DNA of 62,364 bases, filler included, from Globobulimina sp. (Eukaryota), in the NCBI GenBank assembly GCA_003354225.1. It is 26 parts of 26 records of this genome, joined end to end, with 100 filler letters (N's around TTAATTAATTAA, not from the genome) between each part and the next. Parts side by side here need not be neighbours in the genome. Positions count along the whole stretch, not along the records: positions 36,047 to 38,348 come from PIVH01007527.1; positions 38,449 to 40,750 come from PIVH01007528.1; positions 40,851 to 43,152 come from PIVH01007529.1; positions 43,253 to 45,554 come from PIVH01007530.1; positions 45,655 to 47,956 come from PIVH01007531.1; positions 48,057 to 50,358 come from PIVH01007532.1; 20 more parts are not named here. One strand, given 5' to 3'. The notes under the pieces are model-generated. The model was not told where the DNA came from. It ran no database searches and saw only the letters and a program-made list of their open reading frames with translations. This document shows positions 35,947 to 48,567 of the stretch, piece after piece (within the stretch, counting starts at the first letter, position 1; each line of letters starts with the position of its first letter). The translations under genes and the position numbers were made by a program.

Positions 35947-36046
35947 NNNNNNNNNNNNNNNNNNNNNNNNNNNNNNNNNNNNNNNNNNNNTTAATTAATT
36001 AANNNNNNNNNNNNNNNNNNNNNNNNNNNNNNNNNNNNNNNNNNNN

Positions 36047-36454
36047 TGAAGGGGTAAAGAATGTAGCTGTATTATTTTCAACATCAATGATGACTGAATC
36101 ATTTGGTAAATCAGTAGATCCACCAATTAGATTTAATCCATCAACACTAAACTGTACAGAGTTAATTGCCACGTCACTACTATAGTCTACCTGAACTGTG
36201 GCATATTCTGTACCTGAAATATCCAGGTCACCAAATGAGAAGAAAACACCACCATTACATGAGCTGTCTGAGCCATCTGTAACCCAACCTGCAGGTGCAT
36301 CAGCAGCACAAACATTCATGCTTTCATCAGGACAACCGAGTCCATCTTCATCGATATCTGAGTAATAATCTTCAGCAGCATCTTCAAAACAGCCACAGCC
36401 AAGATCGTCGCTGTCAGCAATATGTTCGCTGTTCCCTTCAGAACATTCGTCACA
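36047..36454 (-). CDS. Asp/Cys-rich bacterial-like surface protein fragment joined in frame to the aminopeptidase
   Basis: CDECSEGNSEHIADSDDLGCGCF..YYSDIDEDGLG..V.YSSDVAI..VQF is unrelated to the M1 peptidase C-terminus, and composition changes abruptly. Confidence 0.6.
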
Positions 36455-38106
36455 AGAATCTAAAAATGCAGTAAAATTCGCAGGACCAGAGTATCCATCA
36501 TAGTGTGCTCCAAATACCTGGACTAAATCGTCGGCGTTTGCGTTATCATATCGGTAAACCCTCAAAAACTGCCTGCTTGCTTTCAAAAATGCCTCCCGCC
36601 CCATAAAGTTATCAACCATCTTTAAAATGGATGCACTTTTATCATAAGCAATGTCATCAAACACATCGTTGCATTGTTGAGGTGTTTCGACTAAATCTTC
36701 ATCAACAATGATAGGATGCGTATATTTTGAAATATCATTATTCATTTGATTGTTTGTTCTCATGTTTCGATAATCATATACATGCAATTCAGGATGAACC
36801 GCGTCAGCTGACCAATATTCTAAATATCTGCCAAACCCTTCATTTATAAATATGTTGCTCCACCATTCACAAGTCACTAAATTGCCAAACCATTGATGTG
36901 CTGTCATTGTGTAAAAAAACGAAGTGGATATATAAAATATGAAAGTAACAAGCATACCTAATTCATGTCCGATAACCAGACTACATCTTATTTTTTGTTG
37001 TAAGTCAGCATTTATAGGATTCGTCATTAATCGGCCTGTATCATATGTAACTAATCCCCAATGTTCCTGTGCAATAACAATATGAAATTAATTATATAAA
37101 GTTGTGAAAAGACAATAAATACCATAGCATTTGGCCTATCTGTGATAGCAACATCATCTAATTTTGATAGCATATCAGTATAGCTGTAATTAAATATTTC
37201 TTGTGTGCCAAAATAATGCACTGTAAATAGTGATGCATTGTATGCCCATATTGCATCAGAAATCGGTTTATTCCATGGATAATAAAGATTTTGTGGCACA
37301 ATTTCGGGGAGAAAATATGGATTTATACCTTCGATCTTCTGGTAATCCCCAATGACAAATGTATTTAGGTACGTTGACATTATTGGCGATGGCTCAAACG
37401 TCACAATTTTGCAGTCAGTGCCCGTGTTTCCATTTGCATATTGATAATAGCAGGAATACATATTATTTATATCCATATCTGTATTGTACATTGGTGTGTT
37501 GTATAAAACAGTGCAATTAATGGGTGCAATAAATGTAAATTGGAATATTGATTTTAATGCAGGTTCGTCAAAGCAGGGGAATGCAGTGCGAGCAAATACA
37601 GACTCAAATTGTGTGACAATGTTACGAATTAATGTATTATTGAACGTGTAGGTTGATAGGAACACACCGCGCCGTGTTGGTGTTCTATACATTGATGTAT
37701 ATTTAATATATAATATCCCAATAATATAAGAATTGCTGCCTATTAATGATAATATTTGATTATTTGTAATTGCAAATGATATGTTTGTTATTTCTGTTGC
37801 GGTGTTGTTGTCAATTGTGGTCGCAGAAAAAATAAAATTCTCCAATGATATCGATATACTTAGCATTTCAACTTCTGTTCCTTGATGTATTCTAATCTCA
37901 AACGGACTGTCATTTGAATCAACATAATTAGCGCTGATATTTATTGTGATATATTCCCATCCTTCAAAATCGTATGATATATTTTCAATAAAATTTGGAA
38001 ATAATGTAATGTTATATGATAGCGGTTTGATTGTGGTGGGCAAGCGATATATCGATTGTGCGTAAAGCAAAGGAAACAAACAAATTGTTAACAACACAAA
38101 TGCCAT
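36455..38106 (-). CDS. Secreted M1 aminopeptidase N-like zinc peptidase; introns 37067-37122 and 36901-36957
   Basis: YRLP..P..Y, TQFE..ARTAFPCFDEP, MSTYL, spliced NAMEHWGLVTY and HELAHQWFGNLVT..NEGF, FDDIAYDK. Confidence 0.93.
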
Positions 38107-38761
38107 GGTAAGGAGCTCAGGGGTTTTTGTTTTTGATTTGGAGAAACGTTTTCAGAATCAATCAAATGTTAATCCACAGAAACAGATCATTTCAATCATT
38201 GTTTTGCAACTGAAAAGCGAGAGGGGATTTTAACAAGCTCTTGTATGTTATAATTTGGTTTTACTGGCTTCTCATTGTCACTGTTGATGGAATTGTAATC
38301 TACATTCACCACAATGCCTAATGTTGGCCGTTTTTTATAAACTGTCCGNNNNNNNNNNNNNNNNNNNNNNNNNNNNNNNNNNNNNNNNNNNNTTAATTAA
38401 TTAANNNNNNNNNNNNNNNNNNNNNNNNNNNNNNNNNNNNNNNNNNNNTCTGGAAACTTTAAAAAAATAACAGTTATCAAGAATTCAACAAAAAATAAAG
38501 TTGCTTTGTTGGTTTAAAAAGTGTTTTAGACGTTTTCATGTTTTGATGCGAAATTAAACAATATTTGCTTTTGAAAAAATATATGAATATAAATTATAAA
38601 AATACAAAATACAAATTGCGATTTGGTGGGTTCTAAGATATAAAATAAAAAATAATAAAAATACACTAAATATATTACCCAACCTTGAAAGCTAAATATA
38701 AAAACATTTTTAACTGAAAAAAACAAACAAACAAAAAAATTAAACATACGTAATTACAAAT

Positions 38762-40191
38762 TCAATCAACAAATTCATGATCATGTTCATTTTCATCATT
38801 TAAAATAGATAAACTATGCGCTTTATTAAATATATGATTATCATTTGGCAGTGTAATGATTGTATCAAACGAATCAGTTGACTTCAAAGTAGGTTCTGAT
38901 TGTGTATCTACTCTGAATTCTTGATTATCGTTATTGAGCTCATGAAATACAGAAAGCATTGAAGAATTGGCGGAAATCTGACTATCATTTTTATTAAGAA
39001 CCATATTCTTCAATGAAGCACTGACTGTCTTTGTTATGGTCGATGCATACGAATGAGAATAATTCTTTTTTAAATTTACAATCATAGATTTTCCGGCTGG
39101 AATGTGTGAAAGCTTTGAGACTGTATCACCTTCTTCGTCATCCTCATCTGAGATATATGTAAATTCAGTGTCGTCCTCATCCTCATCCTCATCATCAACA
39201 GATATCATAGTTTCGATAGATTCCGGTGTCGATATCATCTCTTTAGTCGGAGTCAACCGGCTGTACATGTCACTGTTATACATTTTGCACAATCGAATCA
39301 GTTCATCATTTGCCTCATCGCACGCATCCATTAGTTCTTTTTCAATCACATACGAACGGACAACACAAAGGGTAGAAGTGCATATTACAAACACGATACA
39401 CATTATCAAACCATACACGCCGTACCATAACGTAGTTATACGCTCTTTACAAACACAACAAATATAAAAGCACAAATATAGATAATTATAGAATTATAAC
39501 CTGATTCATCCGCCATATACGACACAGATTCCGCTGGAGATAAAGCTGCAGTGGTCGTGGGATGCGTTGTTTGCGGATTATTGCAAATGTGATGGATGTC
39601 TTGACATAGCCAGGTATTGTCACTAAATGGACAACTGACCTCATAGCCGACTGTGCAGTGCATTATACCCGCTTGGGATTTCAATGAATCTGCATAATTA
39701 ATAATTTCTATGTCATTCCAACCATAAATCGCATACAAATTCATGAGACTCTCCTCTTCTGATTCTTCTTCGATGAATGTAACATTGGGTCCAGCTGCTT
39801 GAGATAAATCACCATCACTGCCATCGATCATAGCTCTGGCAATACCATTATTATTTGGTGGCAAGTAAATTGACAGTCCATTACATGCAAGTAATCCACT
39901 ATTACAGTCATGGATTGTTAATGATGACGAATGGGTTGCCACTACAATTGCATTCTCACATGATTTTGCGGCAGAACATGTAACATCACATGATTTTGAA
40001 ATTGGGCAATTAATTTGGGTGTTTTTACAACCATTAGTATAGTCGCAAATAATTGCGCAGTCTTCACTGTTATCACATGAGATAATACCATTACGGTATT
40101 CATCCATAGAGTTTGTATGGAACACTTGTAATCCATTTAAACTTGAAAAAAGAAGGTGGAAGACGAATAGTGGGTGTAATACAGTTGACAT
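38762..40191 (-). CDS. Type I membrane protein with a Cys-rich ectodomain; intron 39445-39500
   Basis: Signal peptide, repeats such as CxIxC..xC..xINCP..CxVxC, one TM segment and an acidic/Ser tail. The splice joins the ORFs in frame. Confidence 0.75.
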
Positions 40192-40312
40192 TAGATCAGT
40201 GGAGTGGAAAACTGCAAAAAAGAAATGTGTGACGCGGATAGAAAGGGAAAATATTATGATAAAAAAAAATCATTCAATTCTTGTTAGTCTTTAACCAATA
40301 TTATATGGATTT

Positions 40313-40459
40313 AAGAGCATCAGGTTTTCAGCGTCAGATTTTTATTGTTTCTGAGACACGAAGGCAAACCTATATTCTTTTTACCTTTATCAGTCACCAG
40401 AAACGGTTTGCGTATACCTTGCCCCAATAAAAATCTGACGCTGAAGACCGGATGCTCTT
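40313..40459 (+). mobile_element. 147-bp MITE-like element with 35-bp terminal inverted repeats
   Basis: AAGAGCATCAGGTTTTCAGCGTCAGATTTTTATTG and CAATAAAAATCTGACGCTGAAGACCGGATGCTCTT (2 mismatches). A second copy lies at 19619-19766. Confidence 0.88.
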
Positions 40460-40850
40460 TACTCACAGTGAACATTTACACTGGCGTAGTAATAGAGACA
40501 CATAATACAATCCATACGATAGTGCTTGTAACGCTCGCCATTAAAAATTTAAAATAAATAGCAGTTTTTAAACTTTGTCATGTCTTTGCGAAATTACATC
40601 GTTATTATATTTAGCATCCAATTATTGTTTCTATTTGGATTTTATTATCACATTGATATTTCGAATTAATTCATTCATTCAAACAACTCAAACGAATTTA
40701 ACTATAACAAAGCTCCATATCATCGAAAATAAGAAACCCAGAGTGGTTGTNNNNNNNNNNNNNNNNNNNNNNNNNNNNNNNNNNNNNNNNNNNNTTAATT
40801 AATTAANNNNNNNNNNNNNNNNNNNNNNNNNNNNNNNNNNNNNNNNNNNN

Positions 40851-41503
40851 GTAATCGATGTGATACATTGCTCGGAATCTCATATCAAACGGTTGCAGAG
40901 TTTAAGAATAATGATACTGATGAAATATTGAATGAATATCATTTGTGGAAGTTTGAATTGCAAATAGAAGGAATATATTCGATACCATATTCACGAAATA
41001 ATGGTAAGATGGACAATGTTTATCAGTGGTATTGTATTGAAAATTATTTTGCAACAAAAATATTAGAAACAAAAAAAGCGAGAATGGTTCATAAATTTTT
41101 GATTTATGATTATAATTTTGAGATATTTATAAAAATTAATTTAATGTCAAGCAAATGTTTTGTAAAATGTCCACTGTTTATAAAAGACTCCGAGTGTAAT
41201 AAAATGGCACCAGTTCTGAAATTATTGTATGTGGACTCATCGCGTTTATCATTTGAAGAGAATAATGAATGGATGAGGCAGGAAAATGGACATTTAATTG
41301 CTTCATCAACCGAGAATTGTAAGTTGTTGTTGAGCTATTTGGATAAATATAATAAATTATATCCACACACCATTCAAACACAGAAGTTTGCATTCAATAT
41401 GAAATTGACATTTCTCAGATTGTATGTTTCTATCATTTTGTTTCCATATTTTGATAATATTGTCTTTTTTTGTGCTGTATATAAACAGGCTCAGCAGAAC
41501 TAG
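40851..41503 (+). CDS. Hypothetical protein fragment
   Basis: ORF of more than 200 codons starting near the contig edge, with no motif recognised. Confidence 0.4.
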
Positions 41504-41759
41504 TGCTGCAACATTGGAGAAAGTGACTGATCGAATGACTGATTAAGTTCTTCGCATTGTAAATTTTTTGTGATATATTCATTCTTGAACTAATTATTAT
41601 TAAACAAACAATTAAGTTTGTTAACGTGACTCTCTTCACTTCCAAGTTTATGTTAAATAGTCAATAATCCCCAGGTAAAACATTTCCTGTTAATACCTGA
41701 AACAGTTTCAAGAACAGTAAATCCGGTCCTACATAGGCTTGAAATTGACGCTAGAAACG

Positions 41760-43102
41760 ATGATCGCTAGTTGGTATTTAATGAGCGTAACAATGCCGTT
41801 TTGTTTTACATTATGTATATTATTGACTGTCATCCAAACAAAGGCATTACAATGGAACCTACGCAGAGGTAAAACCGGCATCTTAAAAAAGAAAATGCAA
41901 TTATTTTGCCTGTACGGATTATATCTAATGGGTGCTATGTGTGCCATTTTATGTGCATTGTGCCATATTTCCAATTATTTTGCTACATGGTTTTGTGTTT
42001 ACGGGATGAGTATTTGTGTCATATTATATGCGACCACAAAGACATTTCTTTATGGCTTCTTTTTTGAGGTAAATACATTTACTGTAATCATACCAAATCA
42101 ATTAACATACTGTGTATAATATGTATAGATAGCAAAATGTGTCCAATCCACACAAAAAGTTCTACCACACATTGTTGCAAAATACATTATTCCGAGTTAT
42201 ATTGCATTGTATTTAGTGATTTATTTGATTCTCTGTCCATTATCATTTCGAGGCTCTGTTGTTGACCCAATCCATTCAAAAACAATTCCAACCGGTTGCA
42301 TATTTGGGGAATATCAACAATGGGTATTCTTTTTCGGTGTTGCTGTCGATGTATTCAATTCCGTATTCTTCTTAACTCTCTTTGTCTATCCATTATATGC
42401 ATTCTTTGCGAGTCGCAAAGTTCAATTACAAGCAAATCATACAAGGCAGAACAGTCATGCTCAATCATTAAAAGTAAACGTATTGACCTCAATCAAATAT
42501 AATATTGTGTTAGGATCAATTTGCATGATGTCATCCGTCACATTTCTTTTGGTGATGGCATTTGCTGAAACTGGTATGGCCGATACATTTATGTTCAGAA
42601 TTCAGACTGTTTCTGTTCTGACTGTTTCTGTTCTGACTGTATAAAAACAATAAAATAATAATTAGGTGCGATTGGTTACTATTTGTGGTTTAGTGGCAAC
42701 ATAGATATTATGATTAATTGTTTATGTGTTTTTTGGATGTTGGCATCAAACCGATCGTATATATTTCGTGTATTGGTTAAACAGAGAAAATCGCGAACAA
42801 AAATTATTGAATTTGTAAGTAGCGGAGATGGAGCTGGAATGAGTGGAGATGCCCAAGAGCCAAAAATGACGCGTATGACTTCTGGCTCTTCTTCGGATAT
42901 TATGCATAATTTTGGATCAAAGCCTACATTAAATCCTTTATCAATGAGTTTAACGGCAAATCAAGAGCATAGTAAGCCGTATCAGATGCAAATGCAAACA
43001 ATTAACTCTGCGCCGTTACCACAATGGAAAGATGGCACTAAATCTGCACCATTGCCGCATGCAATAATACCAACAAAACCTGCATTATCACTAACAAAAT
43101 AA
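41760..43102 (+). CDS. 7-transmembrane GPCR-like protein; introns 42069-42128 and 42574-42665
   Basis: Splicing three ORFs gives seven hydrophobic segments, Cys at the start of TM3 and in ECL2, and a Ser-rich tail. Confidence 0.75.
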
Positions 43103-43252
43103 TTAATATTTAATTTATTAGTATCCATATTAACATATATTATAAATGATATNNNNNNNNNNNNNNNNNNNNNNNNNNNNNNNNNNNNNNNNNNNNTTAA
43201 TTAATTAANNNNNNNNNNNNNNNNNNNNNNNNNNNNNNNNNNNNNNNNNNNN

Positions 43253-43371
43253 GATGACGATGATATTGTACAAAACATGGATTTTCAACCAACGCCATCA
43301 GATATTCCTCATTATGTAACGGCAGATCGATTCAATGATCTACAAAATGCATTAGATCAGCAACAGGGTAC
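43253..43371 (+). repeat. 119-bp exact terminal direct repeat (second copy at 45436-45554); contig is circular or a collapsed tandem unit of 2183 bp
   Basis: GATGACGATGATATTGTACAAAACATGG...CAGCAACAGGGTAC occurs at both contig ends. Confidence 0.97.
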
Positions 43372-45554
43372 AATTGCGCGATTGCTACGAGATATGGATA
43401 AGTTGGCACCGCGGAAACGTCGTAAACGCCCAATACAAACCACATTAACTCCGCAATTATTATATACAAAATCAAATACTGTAAAACCATTACAATCAAA
43501 TACTAATTCAACACATTCGCCACAAATGCAATATTTATTTAATCGGTTTAGACAGGATCCAATATCTAAATATATAATGCAAAAACATTATGGATTGTCA
43601 ATATCGCAATTAATCGATGTAAATCAAATTAAATTCTTGTTAATAGTCAGACGTATTAATGGTTTCGTTATTATTCATTGTAAAATATGTGGCAGACATT
43701 ATCAATGCTCAAATAATTCAAAAACAACTATGTGTTGTAATCGCCATGGATTTAAAGTGCGTGATATTGATATGGATGACATACAAAAAGGTTCGGATCT
43801 CATTAATAAATTACTGAGACATTATAAAAAGAGTTACCATTTAAAGCATGAGTTGGCGTACAATGATCATGATGCACGTAATAGAACGTATACTTATATT
43901 CAAATTCGTGGGCTAAGCTCTTACATCATGCTTTTATTTCATGTCTTACATCTTTTGCGTTTGTTTGCGTTTGTGTTCGTTTGTTTGTGTTTGCATTCAG
44001 GCAGAAATAAATGGGAGATGTCGGATGTGGTTAGTCGCACAGAAAGCAAATGGCATGGAACATTTATTGGCTTGGAACAATATCTTTGGTCTGCTGAACG
44101 ACCAAAATTCAAAGACAGAGATAAAGCGCAGTTGGTATATAATAATATGAAGAAATTTAGTGTGTTGCCGACATCATTAGATACTGAAAACATTGACAAT
44201 GATTCTATGGAATTATTAATTTATGTAAAGGCATCATGTGATGGATTATATGGCACATTAATATCTGATTTAAATCGCATATTTACATTGAATCATGGCC
44301 CAAACTGCAAAATATATCCATCAATTGCTGGTGACAAGGCATATAAAGATGACATCCATACATATCAAAATTCGTATAAAGCTGCAGCAAAACATGACAA
44401 AATAGGAAAAGCTGCACAGAAAATAATGAAAATAGCATCAACGTATATGAGATATCCAAGAGCGGCATCAATACAACAATCTCTATCTGAGAAAAAAATT
44501 AAAATCACCAAATCGCCGGACCATCGATATGCCACTCATTTATTTGCCCAAGCAACGCCATTTCATGACAGCTATAAAGATATTAATCAGTTATTAACAG
44601 TGTGTAAATGGGAAAAGATCGATGCTGTCAAATCTGGACAGTTTGTAATTGAAATTATAGTTATTTTAGATTGGTTAGAAACGTGTTTAACGCGCTCAAT
44701 TAATTCATTTCAGCGCTCACAAAATTATCGTGGTTACGTTGAAATTTGTGAGGCAGATTCATACGAAAAACACTGTATAATCGAGCGAGTAAAACCGGTG
44801 TTATTATTCGTTTTAAATCATTTTATTGAACATCAAAATCTTGCTATTTGGACATCGTTTGAATTATATATTAAAACAATCAATGTTTTACCGCGTTTAT
44901 CTCAAAGTATATTATCATTGGTTGTATCGGGAACATTTCAAGGCTGCCATATTTATTTTAGTGAGGAAATTCATAATATGCACAACAGGAAATTCAAGAA
45001 AAGGCCTCGCACAGAATCGAGGATAGTAAACACCGTAGCAAATGTCAGCAAAATTCTTGCGACATTGCAAGAGATAAAACAGGAACAGAAACGAAATGCA
45101 GAGTCAGATATTATTGTAAATTTAAGTGATTCAGAGGATGATGATTCGTTATACGATTCCGAGGAAGAGATTGTACCCCTTTTAGAATCTGAAGATGAAG
45201 GTACGTCACTCATTTGTGTTTGCTTTGTTTTTGAGTCAGTCAAGCTACAAACATCATGCTTTGCTTTTATTTAAACAATGTCTTTAAAGTGAAAGATCCC
45301 CAAAATAAACCTGAAAATATTGAAATAAATATTGAGAATGAAGATAATATTGATAGTAATATTGAAATAACGGAGCATATTGAAAGTAAACAAAGCGATA
45401 TTATTGAAAGCGATGACTGTGATATTATTGAAAGCGATGACGATGATATTGTACAAAACATGGATTTTCAACCAACGCCATCAGATATTCCTCATTATGT
45501 AACGGCAGATCGATTCAATGATCTACAAAATGCATTAGATCAGCAACAGGGTAC
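43253..45554 (+). CDS. Stop-free spliced ORF, degenerate hAT/ZNF862-like transposase-related protein; intron 45201-45289 and probable intron near 43908-44000
   Basis: IHCKIC...LLRHYKKSYH (BED/TTF-like zinc finger), SIAGDK, DDIH, KSPDHRY (TRW-like position) and an acidic tract. The family assignment is tentative. Confidence 0.55.
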
Positions 45555-45654
45555 NNNNNNNNNNNNNNNNNNNNNNNNNNNNNNNNNNNNNNNNNNNNTT
45601 AATTAATTAANNNNNNNNNNNNNNNNNNNNNNNNNNNNNNNNNNNNNNNNNNNN

Positions 45655-46839
45655 TTTGTTAATATTTTCATCATTTATACCGGTAATATACCATCCATTA
45701 TCACCTTGAATGCCACATTCTAAAATCAATGCTCTTCCTTGTTTACGTTTAGTATCAATACTTTTTATGAATAGTCCTTTATTAAACACATACTCAAATT
45801 GTCTAAAATATAATTCAAACTCATAAAACAGTCTGACTTGACACAAATCCATTTCATTATCACCCTCTAACAATTCAATAATTGGTCTCTCCTTAAATGA
45901 ATCCCATGCTTCTGAATCTATATCGATGTCTTTATGAGGATCAGCACCTTCATCCTCAGCAGACTCTTTTTCTTCGTCCCCTTTCTTTTCATCCTCATTA
46001 TCTTTTTGTATCATGGACATAATATCGGCATTATTGCTGGCCATAAATGACAGTCTTTGAAAGCGTTTAAAATCTTTTTTGATTTTCTGTTCGTTTTCGT
46101 CGTCTAATTTAACCATTAACCTATTATTGCCATAAAATTCTTGCTGATACAATGCCAATATGCTATTGTTATAAATGTGTTTATGTCCATTGAGTTTCGT
46201 GTTTTTAGTTTCTTTCAATTTCTTTGCTTTGATTTGTTTTTGTTCTAACTCTTTCAGCACTTTTTTAATTTTCTGTGCAGGGATTGCCTGAGTGATAATA
46301 TCTCGCTTACAAAATAAACCTTTATTTCTGGGACAATTAAAGTATCGCTTACCAAATACAGTGCCATTATGTCGGGTTTTTGTGAGTGAATCATAAATTT
46401 CTAAGCCATACCATGTGCCAATACCAAATTTGACTTTGCCTTTAAAGCGGACAAAGCCAACGCGGGACTTTGTTAATTTCACAGTCTGTCCCACATTTAC
46501 TGCGGCTAAAAATTTATTGGTCAGAGCTTTATTGCGTGCACGCCTTTTTTTGGATTTTTTGGTTTTTTTATCATTTGCAGAAAATCTCGCTTTTTTTCTC
46601 TTATTTTCATGTGATGATGATTTAGATTTTAATGGTTTGCCGATACTCTTTAAGTCGCTGGCGCTGCTGCTGTAACTATAGGTATTGTTAGTATTTGGAT
46701 ATGATACTGATTTCGAGAATGCTGCGATTGGTATTCCATCGTCGCTTTCTTCTTCGAATTTATAATCATTGTCGTATGGTTTTACTGCATTTTCAAGTGA
46801 GTATGATGTTGATTTCGTCATAGATAATGGCTCATTCAT
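45655..46839 (-). CDS. CAP-Gly domain protein, 3' truncated
   Basis: VGQTV...GFVRFKGKVKFGIGTWYGLE...RHNGTVFGKRYFNCP.NKGLF. Confidence 0.92.
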
Positions 46840-47021
46840 CTTGTTGGAGGTAGTTATTTGGTAAAGTGACAGGAAAACTTCCCAAGTGTATCAAAAAACG
46901 CATAGTCGATTCCATGTACAAACAAAGGGACTGATGCGCACTATGCAATGTTTAATACATTAAATGAATTACATGTCACAAATCACAACAAATAGAATGA
47001 TTCAGTCAGTGTTTATTTCAA

Positions 47022-47924
47022 TTATATTTTCCTAGCTCTTGTTTTTGGTTTAGGTGGAATACAATCAGCATAATGGCAAATTCCTACATAGTTTGTAATA
47101 ATTTTACCAATATCATAAATCAAAATATTTTTAATAACCAGATTATGCAACCCAGTGTGTATATATTCCATTTGTCGGATCTTATAACTAATTTTGCATA
47201 ATATATCGTCAATGATTCTCACACTTTTATTCAAATTATTTTTTATTGAAAATGATCGACGCCCATTTGGTTGTATTTTCTGTTTGCAATGTCTTTCCTT
47301 AATTTTTCTTAATTTATCTGCAATGCGTATTCCTCGGAATTGGAGGAATGGATTAAAACCATATTCAATTAAAGCACCAACCATTTTAGCATCCTTTGCT
47401 GTTAATGATGTGGATAGATTCCAGACGGATAATACCAATGCACTTCGTCCATATTCATCTTTTAAACCAATAATTGGTTTATGCAATGTCAGGAAATTAG
47501 AAAATGGAATTTTCATTAGGTGGTAACAATAAATAGCGGCGTGGAGTAAGCTGCATTTAATTCCGTGATATTTTATTATTGTATTGATATTTACTTTTTT
47601 TTTACAAAGTAAGATGACAGTTTCGTCGCTCAATCCATATTTATCGGTGTCGCTATATTTTTGTATGAGATATTTGTCGGTGTCACAGGTGGATAACTCT
47701 ACATTTTTAGGGATATTTAATTCCTTTGTTGGTTGTGGTTGTTGTTCATTTTCATTTTTTGTGCTGGAGTTTTGTGTTGAAATTGTGTTGAAATGGTTGT
47801 TGTACTCTTGCTCTTGCTCTTGGTGGCCATGTATATCAGGTTCTTGTTCTTGTTCTTCATCCCAATCTGATATATCTTCGCAAACGTCATCATAAAACAG
47901 ATACTCGTCACAATTATCTGTCAT
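47022..47924 (-). CDS. Hypothetical protein with an acidic N-terminus and weak ankyrin-like segments
   Basis: SLLHAAI, KDEYGRSALVLSV, LIEYGFNP. Confidence 0.55.
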   Translation of the reverse strand: MTDNCDEYLFYDDVCEDISDWDEEQEQEPDIHGHQEQEQEYNNHFNTISTQNSSTKNENEQQPQPTKELNIPKNVELSTCDTDKYLIQKYSDTDKYGLSDETVILLCKKKVNINTIIKYHGIKCSLLHAAIYCYHLMKIPFSNFLTLHKPIIGLKDEYGRSALVLSVWNLSTSLTAKDAKMVGALIEYGFNPFLQFRGIRIADKLRKIKERHCKQKIQPNGRRSFSIKNNLNKSVRIIDDILCKISYKIRQMEYIHTGLHNLVIKNILIYDIGKIITNYVGICHYADCIPPKPKTRARKI

Positions 47925-48056
47925 GTTAATTCAAAACAATTGCAACTGGATTATTANNNNNNNNNNNNNNNNNNNNNNNNNNNNNNNNNNNNNNNNNNNN
48001 TTAATTAATTAANNNNNNNNNNNNNNNNNNNNNNNNNNNNNNNNNNNNNNNNNNNN

Positions 48057-48435
48057 GATACAAATTTTCAAATTGATGTTCAATGGCATCATATAATACT
48101 TTGCCACCGTTCACATACAAACACTTCAAATTTTTTGATGTTTGAAGTGGTATAATTAATCCTCGAGTTTTTAGGACATCTTCAAAACTTTTTTTAGATC
48201 TACTCACACATAAACGTAATTCCTTAATCTTACTGTATCTATTTTTATTGCGTTTTGCCATCAACGAGGCGAATGACAATCTGAGTTGACTCATTGCATT
48301 TTGATCCATACCTACTGTATTAAAATATTTATTTACTGTCGAAAATTTAAAAATGTCATCTTCACACAAGTAATGACAACATTTTATTAATAATTCTTTT
48401 GGTAAAACAGTGATATTCATAAGTTTGGTAATCAT
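48057..48435 (-). CDS. F-box (plus LRR-like) protein, 3' truncated
   Basis: ITVLPKELLIKCCHYL..DIFKFSTVNKYFN. Confidence 0.75.
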
Positions 48436-48567
48436 CAGGTATTCGTACAGATTATGATAATGTAGAAAAAATTATATCATAATTGGTAAATTTACAAAAT
48501 TACCGTTTGTAACGCAGCTGCTGATATTTGTGCCGTCAAACAAGAATCGTTTGGATGTATCATTTGC

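Noticed and set aside
2496-46839. Apparent cytoskeletal cluster (dynein MTBD, Ran, GCP2, CAP-Gly)
   Set aside because: The genes are on different contigs, adjacent only through length sorting.
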